A stretch of 64,000 nt of DNA. Origin: Hydrurus foetidus (lineage: Eukaryota). Location: assembly GCA_900617105.1 (NCBI GenBank), contig UYFQ01000779.1, positions 1 through 64,000 of the forward strand, read 5' to 3'. Positions 13,366 to 26,200 of the stretch are shown here, piece after piece. The position numbers and the translations under genes were made by a program. Every line of letters starts with the position of its first letter. Position 1 is the first letter of the stretch. The notes beneath the pieces were generated by a model that saw nothing but the letters and a program-made list of their open reading frames with translations, was not told the origin of the DNA and did no database searches.

Positions 13366-13838
13366 ATGGAAATTTCTTCTCAAGAAAATTTATTAGCTGA
13401 ATTAGAAAGTAATTTAGTAATGGCAAGTTCTGGTCAACGCTTTTTAAATTACATTATTGATTTTATTTGTTTTCTAGTTTTCTTTTTGCATTAGGAATAG
13501 TTTGTGCATTCGTTTTCCAGATTTTTAAATGGATTAACAAGTATTGGTTCATTTATGGATCGTATTATCACTTTGCTTTATATGGTTTATTTATGGGAAC
13601 AATAGAAGCCATAACAAAGGTCGTTCATTAGGAAAGCTAATTACAAAAACAAAAGCTGTAAATGAAGATGGAACTAGCATTTCTGTATCAACAGCATTTA
13701 CAAGAGGATTAAGCAGGGCAGTTCCATTCAACTCTTTTTAGTGCATTAGGCAGCCCTCCACACCCTTGGCACGACAAGTGGACAAAGACTTATGTTATTG
13801 ATATTAAAGATTCATTTATTGTAGAAAAACAGTATTAG
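13366..13838 (+). CDS. RDD family membrane protein
   Basis: ASSGQRFLNYIID, GRSLGKLITKT, RGLSRAVPF, PWHDKWTKT. Confidence 0.85.
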
Positions 13839-13862
13839 TATTACTATTGTTTATAACAATTT

Positions 13863-14466
13863 ATGCAAGAAACGCCAACCATCTTTCGCTCTTTACTAAG
13901 TAAAGAAGTTTACAAAACAGGACATATAAAATATTTGCTGCTGGCTCAATTATTTTAAATATGCACGCCTACATTAAATCGATTCCAGTTGTTTTAAAAG
14001 GCAGTATTAAGGTTGTTCAAACAGATGATGTAGGCAGAGAAATTTTGCTCTATTATATAACACCTGGCGAAAGTTGTATTATGTCAATATTGGCTGGCAT
14101 CAACCACAACACAAAGTAAAATAAAGCTGTTGTTGAAGAGGACGCTGAAATATTGATGCTGCCTGTAAAGAAGCCATTGCTTGGATAAAGAATTTCACGA
14201 GTGGACAGAATTTATTTTCAACTTATATCAAAAGATTTGAAGAATTATTGAGCGTCGTGAATGCTGTTGCGTTTCAAAACTAGATGCAAGACTATTGCAC
14301 TTGCTGCATCAAAAATCAGCACTCTATCAATCAAAAGAAATATCCATAACGCATCAACAACTTGCAGATGAAATTGGAGCTGCAAGAGGGCTGTAAGTCG
14401 TGTGCTAAAACAAATGGAAAAATCAAAACTCCTCTCCTTTCAAGAAATAAAATTTCTCTAATGTGA
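13863..14466 (+). CDS. Crp/Fnr family transcriptional regulator
   Basis: IPVVLKGSIKV..DD.GREILLYYITPGESCIMS, AFQ..DARLL, ITHQQLADEIG.ARE.VSRVLKQME HTH. Confidence 0.9.
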
Positions 14467-14477
14467 TTAATGTCACA
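14462..14477. promoter_or_regulatory. CRP/FNR-type operator
   Basis: TGTGA-TTAATG-TCACA, a perfect TGTGA-N6-TCACA, upstream of the -7 element TAGCTTTG (14498-14505). Confidence 0.75.
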
Positions 14478-14558
14478 ATCAACATTTCATAGGCCTTTAG
14501 CTTTGCATTAGCTCAATAAAACGATGTTGTTTTACGGTTCTAATTTAAAATAAGCTTT

Positions 14559-14761
14559 ATGAAAAGAGAATATGGGTTCTGCCGACAAAATCATTCGTGT
14601 AATTATTGCAATTATTTTTTCTGTATTGTATTTTACACAAACAGTTACAGGTACTTTGGGTATTGTATTATTAGTAGTTGGTGCAGTTTTCTTGCTAACT
14701 AGTGTCATTAGTTTTTGTCCACTTTATGTACCATTTGGTATTAATACCTGCAAAAAAATAG
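14559..14761 (+). CDS. DUF2892 (YgaP-like) membrane protein
   Basis: NMGSADKIIR...LLTSVISFCPLYVPFGINTC. Confidence 0.9.
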
Positions 14762-14764
14762 TTT

Positions 14765-15217
14765 ATGGGACAGCACGAAATTGAAACCAATGGATGGGTA
14801 AAATGCAATTTAATGCATTGGTGAATGGGCATACTGTTATAATGGATGCTCTGAACGAGTTGGTGGAGAAGATAATGGGCCAATCCCAAAGCCATTTATT
14901 TTAACAGCATTATCTGGCTGTACAGGAATGGATATTGTTGCTATTTTACGAAAAGCACAAACAGAGGTTAAAGATTTTGATATAAAAGCAATTGGAGAAC
15001 TCAGCAAAACAGCACCTATTCAATATGTAGCTATTCATTTGATATATGAATTTAGAGGAGATGATGCTTTTAAAGAAGCAGTACTTAATGCTGTAAATGA
15101 TTCTCAAGAAAAATATTGTGGCGTTAGCAGTATGCTTAAAAAGCCTTGCCTGTAACTTGGAAAGTAAGTTATAATGGTGTTACAATTTTTAATAATCAAC
15201 TAGTAGCAATTAACTAA
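14765..15217 (+). CDS. OsmC family protein (YhfA-like)
   Basis: MDA..VGGEDNGPIPK..LTALSGCTGMDIV, SQEKYCGVS. Confidence 0.85.
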
Positions 15218-15420
15218 TGATATCATTAATAAAGAAAAATGCTATAATGCTTATTGGTGTTGTAATTGGCTTGATTGCTGGTTACTTATATTACAAATTT
15301 ATTGGTTGCTCCTCTGGCACTTGTTTAATAACATCAAAACCCGTTAATTCAACTTTATATGGTGGATTGATGGGTGGTTTATTGTTTAGTTTATTCACAA
15401 CAAAAAGAAAAAAATGTTAA
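15217..15420 (+). CDS. DUF6132 family small membrane protein
   Basis: GYLYYKFIGCSSGTCLITSKPVNSTLYGGLMG. Confidence 0.8.
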   Translation: MISLIKKNAIMLIGVVIGLIAGYLYYKFIGCSSGTCLITSKPVNSTLYGGLMGGLLFSLFTTKRKKC

Positions 15421-15727
15421 ATAGAATTATGAATTTATTTGGAATGGGAACGTCAACAAACTTTTCTGAATTGATGAAAAATGGAGCTGTTATTATTGAT
15501 GTTCGCAGCAAAGAGAATTTGATGGAGGGCATATAGATGGCTCTATAAATATACCTGTAGATGAACTAACAAATAATCTTAATAAACTAAAAGATAAAAA
15601 TAAAACCATTATAGCTTGTTGTGCATCGGGAATGAGAAGTGCATCTGCAACATCTATTTTAAAAGCTAATGGTTATACACAAGTTTATAATGGTGGAGGA
15701 TGGAGCAGTTTGAAAAATAAACTATAA
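15414..15727 (+). CDS. Rhodanese-like sulfurtransferase
   Basis: GAVIIDVRS..EFDGGHIDGSINIP, CCASGMRS, VYNGGGW. Confidence 0.9.
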
Positions 15728-15756
15728 CGGTATTTATGTGTTTGGTTGTTTTGGTT

Positions 15757-15797
15757 AAAAAGAGTATCTATATTTTTAGAATATACGATGCTCTTTT
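15757..15797 (+). terminator. Probable terminator after rhodanese gene
   Basis: AAAAGAGTATC...GATGCTCTTTT imperfect hairpin followed by T-run. Confidence 0.55.
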
Positions 15798-15831
15798 GTT
15801 TTTTCATCAATCCTTTAGATTCTAACCTCAA

Positions 15832-15845
15832 ATGATAATTATCAT
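15832..15845. promoter_or_regulatory. Palindromic operator candidate upstream of fumC
   Basis: Perfect palindrome ATGATAATTATCAT ~24 nt upstream of TACATTTG (15869-15876). Confidence 0.5.
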
Positions 15846-15919
15846 ATCAACCTTTTATTTCTTCAATTACATTTGCACCGGATTCAACAAATCATCAATC
15901 ATTAAATCAAAAATAGTTT

Positions 15920-17302
15920 ATGGAATTTCGTATTGAAAAAGACACAATGGGCGAAGTAAAAGTGCCTAATAATGTTTATTGGGGAGCTCAAACGCAACGT
16001 AGTATTGACAACTTTAAAATTGCTCAAGACATAAACAAAATGCCTAAAGAAATTATTGCTGCTTTTGCTTATTTAAAACACGCAGCAGCTTTAGCAAATA
16101 ATGAATTAGGTGTGTTGCCAAATGAAAAGAAAGATGCTATTGGGGTTGTTTGTAACAAATTTTAGAAGGAAAATTAAACGACCAATTTCCTTTGGTGGTG
16201 TGTGGCAAACTGGTAGTGGCACACAAAAGCAATATGAATGTGAATGAAGTGGTTGCTTATCGTGCACGTTATTAATGGTGGGGCTTTGGGTGATAAGAAA
16301 AATTTCATCCCAATGATGATGTCAATAAATCTCAATCATCAAACGATACTTTTCCTACTGCAATGCACATAGCTGCATATAAAATATTAATTGAAACAAC
16401 AATTCCTGGAATTGAGAAACTACGTGATACCTTAGAAGCAAAGCAAAGCTTTTATGCGTGGTTAAAATTGGGAACCCATTTTATGGATGCTACTCCTTTA
16501 ACTGTTGGACAAGAATTTAGTGGTTATGTTTCATAATTAAACCACGGGTTAAAAGCTATTAAAATACTTTGGCTCATTTGAGTGAATTGGCTTTGGGTGG
16601 CACTGCTGTGGGCACAGGAATCAATACACCAAAGGGTTACGATGTTTGTGTTGCAAAACATATTGCTGCATTAACTGGCTTACCTTTATTACTGCTGAAA
16701 ATAAATTTGAAGCATTGGCTGCACGATGCAATTGTAGAAGCCACGTAGTGCATTGAAAACTGTTGCTGTTAGTTTAATGAAAATTGCTAACGATATTCGT
16801 ATGCTTTCTTCGGGTCCAAGAAGTGGTATTGGAGAGTTATTTATTCAGATAACGAACCAGGGTTCTATTATGCCAGGCAAAGTAAACCCTACACAATGCG
16901 AAGCTTTAACAATGATTGCAGCACAAGTAATGGGTAATGATGTTGCAATAAATATTGGTGGTAGTATGGGTCATTTTGAGTTGAATGTTTTAAACCAATG
17001 ATGATTTATAATTTCTTGCACAGTGCAAGATTAATTGGAGATGGCTGTATAAGCTTCAACGATAAATGTGCTATTGGCATTGCTCCTTTAGAAGCTAATA
17101 TTAAAAACACGTTGATAATAGTTTGATGTTGGTAACAGCTTTAAACACAAAAATTGGTTATTATAAAGCTGCTGAAATTGCTCAAACTGCTCATAAAAAT
17201 GGTTCAACGCTCAAAGAAACTGCCATTAGCTTAGGTTATGTTACAGCAGAAGAATTTGATGCTTGGGTGATACCTGTAGAAATGTGTGGGGAAATTGGTT
17301 AA
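15920..17302 (+). CDS. fumC: Class II fumarate hydratase
   Basis: [51 protein letters not shown]. Confidence 0.97.
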
Positions 17303-17331
17303 CTGGTTTATTAGTAAAATAGTTTATTAGT

Positions 17332-17364
17332 AAAAGGGTTCAGCAACAATTGCTGAACCCTTTT
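17332..17364. terminator. Bidirectional terminator between fumC and cysS
   Basis: AAAAGGGTTCAGCAA-CAA-TTGCTGAACCCTTTT. Confidence 0.85.
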
Positions 17365-17384
17365 ATTATTTATACATTTAATTT

Positions 17385-18865
17385 CTACGCCAAACTCAAC
17401 TCATTTCTCCATCTTTTTCGTCTTTAAGTTGAATACCCATAGCAGTAAGCTCATTTCTTATTTTATCGCTGGTTACAAAATCTTTTTTGCTTTGGCTTCT
17501 TTCTAATATTTATTAAAAGTTGCATCACCCATCAAAAGTATTAGTTGTTTCTTGAATAGATTGTAAGCCCAAAATGTCTTCAATAAAAACTTTAAATTGT
17601 TTTGCATTAAAGCTATAGTGCCTGTGCTTATTGTGTTTGCAGCAAGTTGCTTGTTTTATGGCATTAATAGTTGATGTTAAATCAAACATATTTGCCAATA
17701 CTTTTGCTGTGCTAAAATCATCGTTAATAAACTCATCGAACTCATTCACCAACGCAACACATTTAGCATCAATTCTTTATCTGTTGCTTCGTTTGTAGCA
17801 CCTCCAACTTCTAATTTTAGTAAATTTTCATAACCTTCCCACAATCTTCTCAATCCTTTTCTGCCGCTACTAAAGCCTCATTACTAAAATCTAATGTGCT
17901 GCTATAATGCGTTTGAAGAATAAAAACGAATGACCATTGGATGAAATGGTTGAGATAGTAATGGATGATTGCCACTAAACATTTCTGTTAGCTTAATCAC
18001 ATTATTGTAACTCTTACCCATTTTTTTGCCATTAATTGTAATCATATTATTGTGCATCAATACTTTGCAGGAGTAATATGATGGCAAACTGTGCTTTGTG
18101 CTATCTCACACTCGTGATGTGGAAATTGTAAATCCATTCCACCACCGTGAATATCAAATTGGTCGCCCAAATATTTGCTGCTCATAGCACTGCACTCAAT
18201 ATGCCAACCGGAAACCAACTCTAGGGACTTTTCAACGCATAATATGTTCTGGAGCTGCATTTTTCCATAAAGCAAAATCGGCTTTGTTTCTTTTCATCTT
18301 GACCATCTAAGTCACGAGTTGTTTCTAGCATATCTTCTAAAATTCTTCCACTTAAAATACCATATGGTTTGTCCTTTTTAGAAAATACTTCGTGATATTT
18401 TGCTACGTCAAAATACACTGAGCCATTTATTTCGTAAGCAAAACCATCTTCAATAATTTTTCAATCATTACAATTTGCTCAACAATATGTCCAGTTGCTG
18501 TTGGCTCAATAGATGGTTCAAGTGTGTTAAACTGCTTCATAGCCAATGAAATAAACTGGTGTATTTATACCAATTCCATCGGCTCCATTTTTTCTAAAAC
18601 CGCTTTTAGAAATTTTATCTTCTGCTTCTCTACCCTCTTCTTCAAAATGTCCAGCGTCTGTAATGTTACGTACATACCTTACTTTGTAGCCAAGATATTG
18701 CAAGTAACGAAACACAACATCGAATGTGATATATGGACGAGCGTGACCCAAATGACTTTCGCCACTAACAGTTGGTCCACAAACGTATAATCCAACGTGC
18801 TTGGGTGTTATAGAAACAAATTCTTCTTTTTGACGAGATAGTGTGTTGTGTATTTTTAAACTCAT
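17385..18865 (-). CDS. cysS: Cysteine--tRNA ligase
   Basis: [47 protein letters not shown]. Confidence 0.97.
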
Positions 18866-18921
18866 TGCTTTTGTTAGATTGCTGTGTTCTATTAATGCAG
18901 CGAAAATAAGAATGTAACCTC

Positions 18922-20026
18922 TTTAGTTCTTTGTTTTCTGTTTGATATTTCTTTAGCAATAAATCTACCACAAGCATTTTATGATCACTCATTTTTCATC
19001 TACCAAATTAAACTGTTTAACTTCAAAATTATTGTCGGGCATAACATAATCTATTCTTAAAACCGGAGATAGGGAGTTGAAGGTTTGCCCAAACCAAAAC
19101 CTTTTGCTAAAAAGCATCTTGCCTTTCGCCTCTTATTTTCCAGTAAGTATTGTTATTTGAACCTCATTCAAATCGCCACAAAAATACTAGGATAGTTGGT
19201 CTTATTAATATATTCTTTTACAATATCTGCTTGTTTGCTATGTACTTCTAGTGTATTCTTCATTTTTGATATAATACCACTTAAGTTGTTTTGGGTAAGG
19301 CATCTTCTTTAACAACATTGTCAATCTCTTTAAATTCATCTCTTGAAAATTTGTAGAATCTAAGTGAGTTGTAAAAAAGATATGGTATCATTCTCAATTG
19401 CTATATCAGTAGTAATGATATTTTCTCCATTTTCAAATCTTATACTATCATTTTTTATAATGGGATATTTTGAAAAAATAGCGTTACCACTACCGTGTCT
19501 ATGTGGGCCAATAATCCATCCGGGAAAATAATAGTATTGATATTTTTTTGATTAAATCTAAAGACTTGGCCGTGTTGGCACTCTTCAAACTCTTGTAAGC
19601 AAATAACATCGGCATTTTGCTTGATTAATGAATTGATGATTTCCTCTACAGAATGTCTTTTAGAACCTTTGTTTTGAGGTCTTCCACTCATATTACCTAT
19701 GTTCAACTAACAACTCTTAGATTGTAGTTTGCCTTAACTTTTAAAAAGAATCGTTTGTGTTGAACGCAAACATTACATTGATTTGCTTATAACCAAAGCA
19801 AAGAGCAATTAACAGAAAAGAGCATATTTCTTTTTATAAAAACCAAAAAGAACCCCAAAATGAGTGTAACAAAAAGGTATGGCATTGCTATACCAACAAA
19901 GCTAATAAGGCGAAATCACTTGCAGATATCAAGGCAACAAGCTGCCAATTAAAAGAAAAAGCAATAAGTAGGGTGATACCAACTAACAAATATTTAGTGT
20001 ACTTTCTCAACCAAAGTTCTTTTCAT
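18922..20026 (-). CDS. Endonuclease/exonuclease/phosphatase family protein
   Basis: N-terminal TM segments, [29 protein letters not shown]. Confidence 0.8.
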
Positions 20027-20083
20027 TTGGTAAAAATAGGTAAAGGGCTTTTAAATGCTCTGAAGCGATTAAATTAAGTATGC

Positions 20084-21476
20084 TTAATCTAATCTGAACT
20101 CTTCGTGCATTTCAGGAACAACAACATCTTTAAATCCTTTTTTTATAAGACTCTTCTGAAAATCAAACAGCACTTCTTCTTCTCCGTGAACAATAAAGAC
20201 TGTTTAACTATATTAGGATTTTGACAACTTAAAACTGGCATAAATCATCATAATCTCCGTGTGCACTCATACTTCGCATACTACCGACTTCGGCCACCAC
20301 ATCATAAAATTCGCCATAAATTCTTACTTCTTTTTGCCCGTTCATTAACTTGCCACCAAGGCTATGGGGTTCACAATAGCCGACTAATAGAATGGTATTT
20401 TTAGAATCATTTATATTATTTGCAATATGGTGTTTAATTCTGCCTGCGTCTGCCATTCCACTGGCGAAATAATATCTAAGGCTGGTGCAAATCGTTTAAA
20501 GCTTTGCTTTCATCGGCACTTTCAATAAAATGCAATCCAGGAAAATCAAATGGATCATCATCGTGTTCTAATATTTTTTGAACCCTGTTATTAAACAGTT
20601 TAGGATAATGCTTTACAATTTGTGTGGCTTTACTACTTAAGGGCTATCAACATAAACAGGGATTTTAGGTAATCTGTGTTTCCAAGCTTAGTTGATTTAA
20701 AGCATACAGTAATTCCTGTGTTCTTCCTACACTAAATGCAGGAATAATCAGTTTCCCTTTCTTTTCAACAATTGTTTTCAATCCATTTCAATAGCACATT
20801 TCTTGGGTTATCTGCATCATCGTGCAAACTATTACCATAAGTGCTTTCTGTGATAATATAATCTGCACGAAATGTTTCTGGTGATTTTAAAATAATATCT
20901 CGGTATCTGCCTACATCGCCACTAAAGGTTAATGCTGTTGTTTCCTTCTTCTGTAATTTTTAAATGAACACAGGCACTACCAATAATATGTCCTGCATCT
21001 GTAAACATTGCACGAACACCTTCAATCACATCAAACCATTGATGGTATTCTACAGGCTTTAAATATTCTACAGCTTTTTGAGCATCTTCAATATCATAAA
21101 TGGGCTCTAATGGATATTCTCCAAGTTTAGCCCTTCTTTTATTGATAAATCTGGTGTCGTCACGCTGTATCACAGCAGAATCTTCCATTAAAATAGTTGC
21201 TAAATCTTTGGTGGCAGGCATACAAAAAATAGAGCCCGAGAATCCATCTTTCACCAGCTTTGGTATCAACCCACTATGATCAATGTGGGCGTGAGATAAA
21301 ATCATCACATTTATTTCTGTTGCTTCAAATCCTAAATTAGAATTTAAGATATCAGTTTCTTTTCCCAAGCCTTGAAACATTCCACAATCCAATAAAATTT
21401 TCTTTCCATTTTTTAGTGTGATTAAATGTTTAGAGCCTGTTACAGTTCTAGCTGCTCCGTGAAATGCTATTTTCAT
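20084..21476 (-). CDS. MBL-fold beta-CASP ribonuclease
   Basis: [58 protein letters not shown]. Confidence 0.92.
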
Positions 21477-21960
21477 AATGATTTGTTTTTGATTTAAAAC
21501 TCCAGGTAAATATAAACCTTGCTACCTCCTCACCTTCAATATTTTCCAATAGAAATACATGGAACTGTGGTACCAATATCTTGTTGAATACATTGTTCAA
21601 TAGCGGCAATAATTTTATCTCCATCGTTACAAGTAAAAGTGAATGGTGCCAACAGCTTTTTATAAAACTCAGCTTCTAATTTCACTACTAACATACTCAC
21701 TTTGGGGTGGCGTTTATATGTTTGCCCAAAGCTAAAATGCCTGTGCTTAATTCAGCAGCCATACTAGTACAGCAAAATATATTGACTTAAAAGGATTTTG
21801 ATTGAGCCATTTAAATTTTACACTTACAACTGCATTTTGGGAGACAATTCAACAATTTTTAATCCACTAACAAAGCCATTGGCAGTTTGCTTAGCATAAA
21901 CAAACGGTACTTAATGGGGTTTGTAATTTGTTGTTTAAAATTGTGAAATTGTGGATTCAT
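21477..21960 (-). CDS. Hotdog-fold thioesterase (DUF4442-like)
   Basis: MLSKLPMA, WLNQNPFKSIYFA...MAAELSTG, SMLVV, F.KKAVG, FTWSFK. Confidence 0.75.
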
Positions 21961-22010
21961 AATATAAGATGCAATGTAGGGAAATAATAACAATCTTCTA
22001 TCTTCGTTCT

Positions 22011-23132
22011 ATGCAAATTCAATCAAAACTACCCGATGTTGGCACTACTATTTTACTGTAATGAGTTCTTTATCTGTGCAACATAATGCTATAAATTTGG
22101 GACAAGGTTTTCCTGATTTTATGATGAGTGAAGAACTTACAAGCCTTGTAAACACTGCAATGCAGCAAGGTCATAATCAATATGTGCATATGAATGGTTT
22201 GCCATTATTGAGAGAAAGACTAGCAAAATGTTTGAAACTTTATAACAATAATATAAATGCAAATGATGAAATAACTATTACACCTGGTGGCATATGCTAT
22301 TTATACGGCTTTAACTGCAGTTTTAAATAAAGGCGATGAAGTAATAGTTTTGAACCTGCTTATGATAGTTATATTCCGAATATTGTTATCAATGGAGGCG
22401 TGCCTGTTTTAATTTCTCTGCAATATCCTTCTACAGAATTCCTTGGGATGAAGTGAAAGCAAAAATTACAGCTAGAACTAAAATGATAATGATTAATAGT
22501 CCTCACAATCCAACGGGATGGTTTTAGATGAAGAAGATATTAAACAACTAAAAGAAATAGTTGCACAACTGATATATTTATTTTGAGCGATGAAGTGTAT
22601 GAGCATTTGATTTTGATGATAAACCACATTTAAGTATGTTGCATTATCCTGAATTATTTGAACGAAGTTTTGTGTGTTTTCTTTGGTAAAACCTACCACT
22701 GCACAGGTTGGAAATTAGGCTACTGTATTGCTCAAAAGATTTACCAATGAGTTTAGAAAAGTGCATCAATTTAATTGCTTTAGTTGCAATAGCCCAACAC
22801 AGGTAGCACTTTCAGCATATTTGCAAAATGAAAACGCTTACTTAAATCTTGGAAAGAGATACAAACAAAACGAGATTTTTTAGGCAATTAATGCAAGCAA
22901 CTCTTTTAAATTAATTCCTTCTTATGGTAGTTATTTTGAATGCTATAGCTACGAACATTTTAGTAACGAAAGTGATTTTGATTTAGCCGTTCGTTTAACA
23001 AAGATTATGGCGTGCAACCATTCCTATTTCATCTTTTTACAACAATAAAGCTGATAATAAAGTGCTGCGTTTTTGCTTTGCAAAGAAACACTTGAAAAAG
23101 CCGTTGAACGATTGATGGAATTTAAGCTGTAG
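22011..23132 (+). CDS. Methionine aminotransferase (PLP class I/II, YbdL-like)
   Basis: SKLPDVGTTIF, AINLGQGFPDF, NSPHNPTG, SDEVYEH, GKTYHCTGWK, LRFCFAK. Confidence 0.9.
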
Positions 23133-23259
23133 TCTTTACCAGCAACAACTTCAAACTAACAAACGTTCTTTATTTTCTAAATATTTTCCTTCCTTTTTAA
23201 AAAGTATTTACTCAAATAGACTGCTTGCCATCATTGTTTCATTAATAAGGTTTATTGCT

Positions 23260-26200
23260 ATGAATACATAAAACAATTTTGGCTTATACGATTCATCGTT
23301 TGAACACGATAGCTGTGGTATTGGCTTTGTTGCCAACATTAAAGGCATTAAATCTCATCAACATATTTCTGATGCTCTCACTATTTTAGAAAATATGGAG
23401 CATCGTGGAGCTAATGGTTGTGAAGTAAACACTGGCGATGGTGCTGGTATTATGCTACAAATGCCTCACGAATTTTTTGATGAATGTTTGCAGTTGAATG
23501 TTTCGCTTCCTGCTTTTGGTAAATATGGTGTGGGTGTTTTTATTTTTCCAAAAGACATCAGATTAAAAGAAGAATGTGAAATATTTTCTCGCTGTGCAGA
23601 AAGTTAGGATTGGAAATTTTAGTATATCGCAAAGTGCCTGTAAATTCTGCAAACATTGGCACTTCAGCATTGTCTGTTGAGCCAGAAATAGAACAAGTAA
23701 TTATTATTTGCCCCGATAATAATGATGCAGATGCGTTTGAAAGAAAATTATTTGTGCTTCGCAATTATGCAAGTCATACCATCAATAACACTGTTCAAAA
23801 AATGCTGTTGGTTTTATATTGCTTCACTATCTTACAAAACCATTGTTTATAAAGGTCAATTAACATCGCATCAAGTTCGAGAATATTTTACTGATTTAAG
23901 TAACAAAAGAATGGTAAGTGCTTTTGGTTTGGTTCACTCACGTTTTGCAACAAATACTTTTCCTTCCTGGAAACTTGCACAACCATTTCGTTACATAGCT
24001 CACAATGGCGAAATTAATACGCTTCAAAGGAAATTTGAATTGGTTAAAAACAAGTGAAAAGGTTTTACATCGCCCTATTTTTCTAAAGAAGAAATGGAAA
24101 TGTTATTGCCCATTATTACAAAGGTCAAAGGATAGTGCTTGCTTGGATAATATGATTGAGTTGCTCACTTTTATGTGGTCGTTCGTTGCCACAAGTAATG
24201 ATGATGTTGATTCCAGAAGCTTGGGATGGTGATGATAAAATGGATGCCACTAAAAAAGCATTTTACGAATTTCACGCAGCATTTCAAGAGCCTTGGGATG
24301 GGCCAGCTTCTATTTCTTTTACTGATGGAAAAATGATTGGTGCAACGCTGGATCGCAATGGATTAAGGCCTTCACGCTATTGTGTTACCAACGATGATAG
24401 GGTAATTATGGCAAGCGAAACTGGTGCTTCAATTGACCCAACTATATTATTGAGAATGGAAGATTGCAACCCGGTAAAATGTTTGTGGTGGATATGGAGC
24501 AAGGAAGAATCATTAGCGATGAAGAATTAAAACAAAATTTGTTCTCAAAGCCTTACGGTGATTGGCTTTCAAAGTATAAAATTCGTTTAGAAGATTTGCC
24601 AGAACCAAGAGTTACTTTCACTCATTTAGAACACGAACAAGTGTTTAAATATCAAAAGCATTTGGCTATTCTACAGAAGATTTGAACACCATTATTGCAC
24701 CAATGGCAATTGATGGCAAAAGAACCTATTGGCTCAATGGGAACCGATACACCATTGGCTGTGTTGAGTGAACAACCACAACATTTGAGTGCTTATTTTA
24801 AACAACTTTTTGCACAAGTTACAATCCATCAATTGACCCAATAAGAGAAAAATTGGTAAATGAGTTTAGCAACTTTGCTGGTAACAATGGAAATATTTTA
24901 ATTGAAGATCCTTTGGCTTGTCATAGTGTGGCACTCAAACATCCTGTGCTTACAAACTATGAATTGAAAAAATAAAACATTGATACAGGTATTTTTCAAG
25001 CTAAAACTTTGCAAATTTATTTTAGAGCTGATGGCAAAGGAAGGCTCGCTACAGAAGGTTTGGAGCGTTTATGTCGTTATGCAACCGATGCTGTTGAAGA
25101 TGGTTTTGAAGTATTGATTTTAACCGATAGAGCTATTGATAGCGACCACGCTCAAATTCCTTCATTGCTTGCAACAGCTGCTGTGCATCATCATTTAATT
25201 AGAAAAGGGTATCGTGGTCAAGTGGGTATTATAGTTGAAGCTGGAGATGTTTGGGAAGTTCATCATTTTGCTTGTTTAATTGGTTTGGTGCAACTGCAAT
25301 CAATCCATACTTGGCTTTATCAACTGTGCGAGATATGAAGTTGAAGGCAAAATAAAAGATGAGCAAGATATTGAAGAACTCAAAAAAATTACATCAAAGC
25401 TATATGTGATGGGCTTTTGAAGGTTTTAGTAAAATGGGAATTTCTACTTTGCAATCTTATCTTGGAGCTCAAACATTTTGAAATTTTAGGTTTGAATAAA
25501 TTTGTTGTAGATAAATATTTTACAGGTGCTACTTCACGCATTGAAGGAATGGGATTGGATGAAATTGCTAAAGAAGTTTTATCTAAACATTTCTTCGCTT
25601 TTAACAAAAAAATATTCCAATAGAACGCTTGCCAGTTGGTGGAATTTATCAATGGAAACGAAAAGGTGAGTTTCATTTATTCAATCCTCAAACCATTCAT
25701 TTGTTGCAATACTCAACAAAATGAATGATTATAATACTTTCAAAAATATTCAAAATTGGTGAACGATCAAAGCGAAAAGCTTGCACTTTAAGAAGTTTAT
25801 TTGAATTTAAAAGAACCAAACCTTCTATTAATATTGATGAAGTTGAACCAGCAGAAAATATTTACAAACGCTTTGCAACTGGTGCAATGAGTTTGGTTCA
25901 ATATCTCACGAAGCCCATAGTACACTTGATTGCAATGAATCAACTTGGTGGAAAAGTAATACTGGCGAAGGTGGTGAAGATGAAATTCGTTACGAAAAAT
26001 TAGCGAATGGAAACAGTATGAGAAGTGCTATTAAACAAGTTGCTTCTGGACGATTTGGAGTTACCAGACTATTTGACTAATGCGTCTGAGCTACAAATTA
26101 AAATGGCTCAAGGGGCAAAACCAGGAGAAGGAGGACAATTACCAGGACACAAAGTGGATGATTGGATAGGTAAAACTCGTCATTCAACCCCAGGTGTTGG

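Noticed and set aside
20084..21476. Metallo-beta-lactamase resistance gene
   Set aside because: Has beta-CASP motifs (GRTQE, SAH, VHGE) and no signal peptide, so an RNA-processing nuclease
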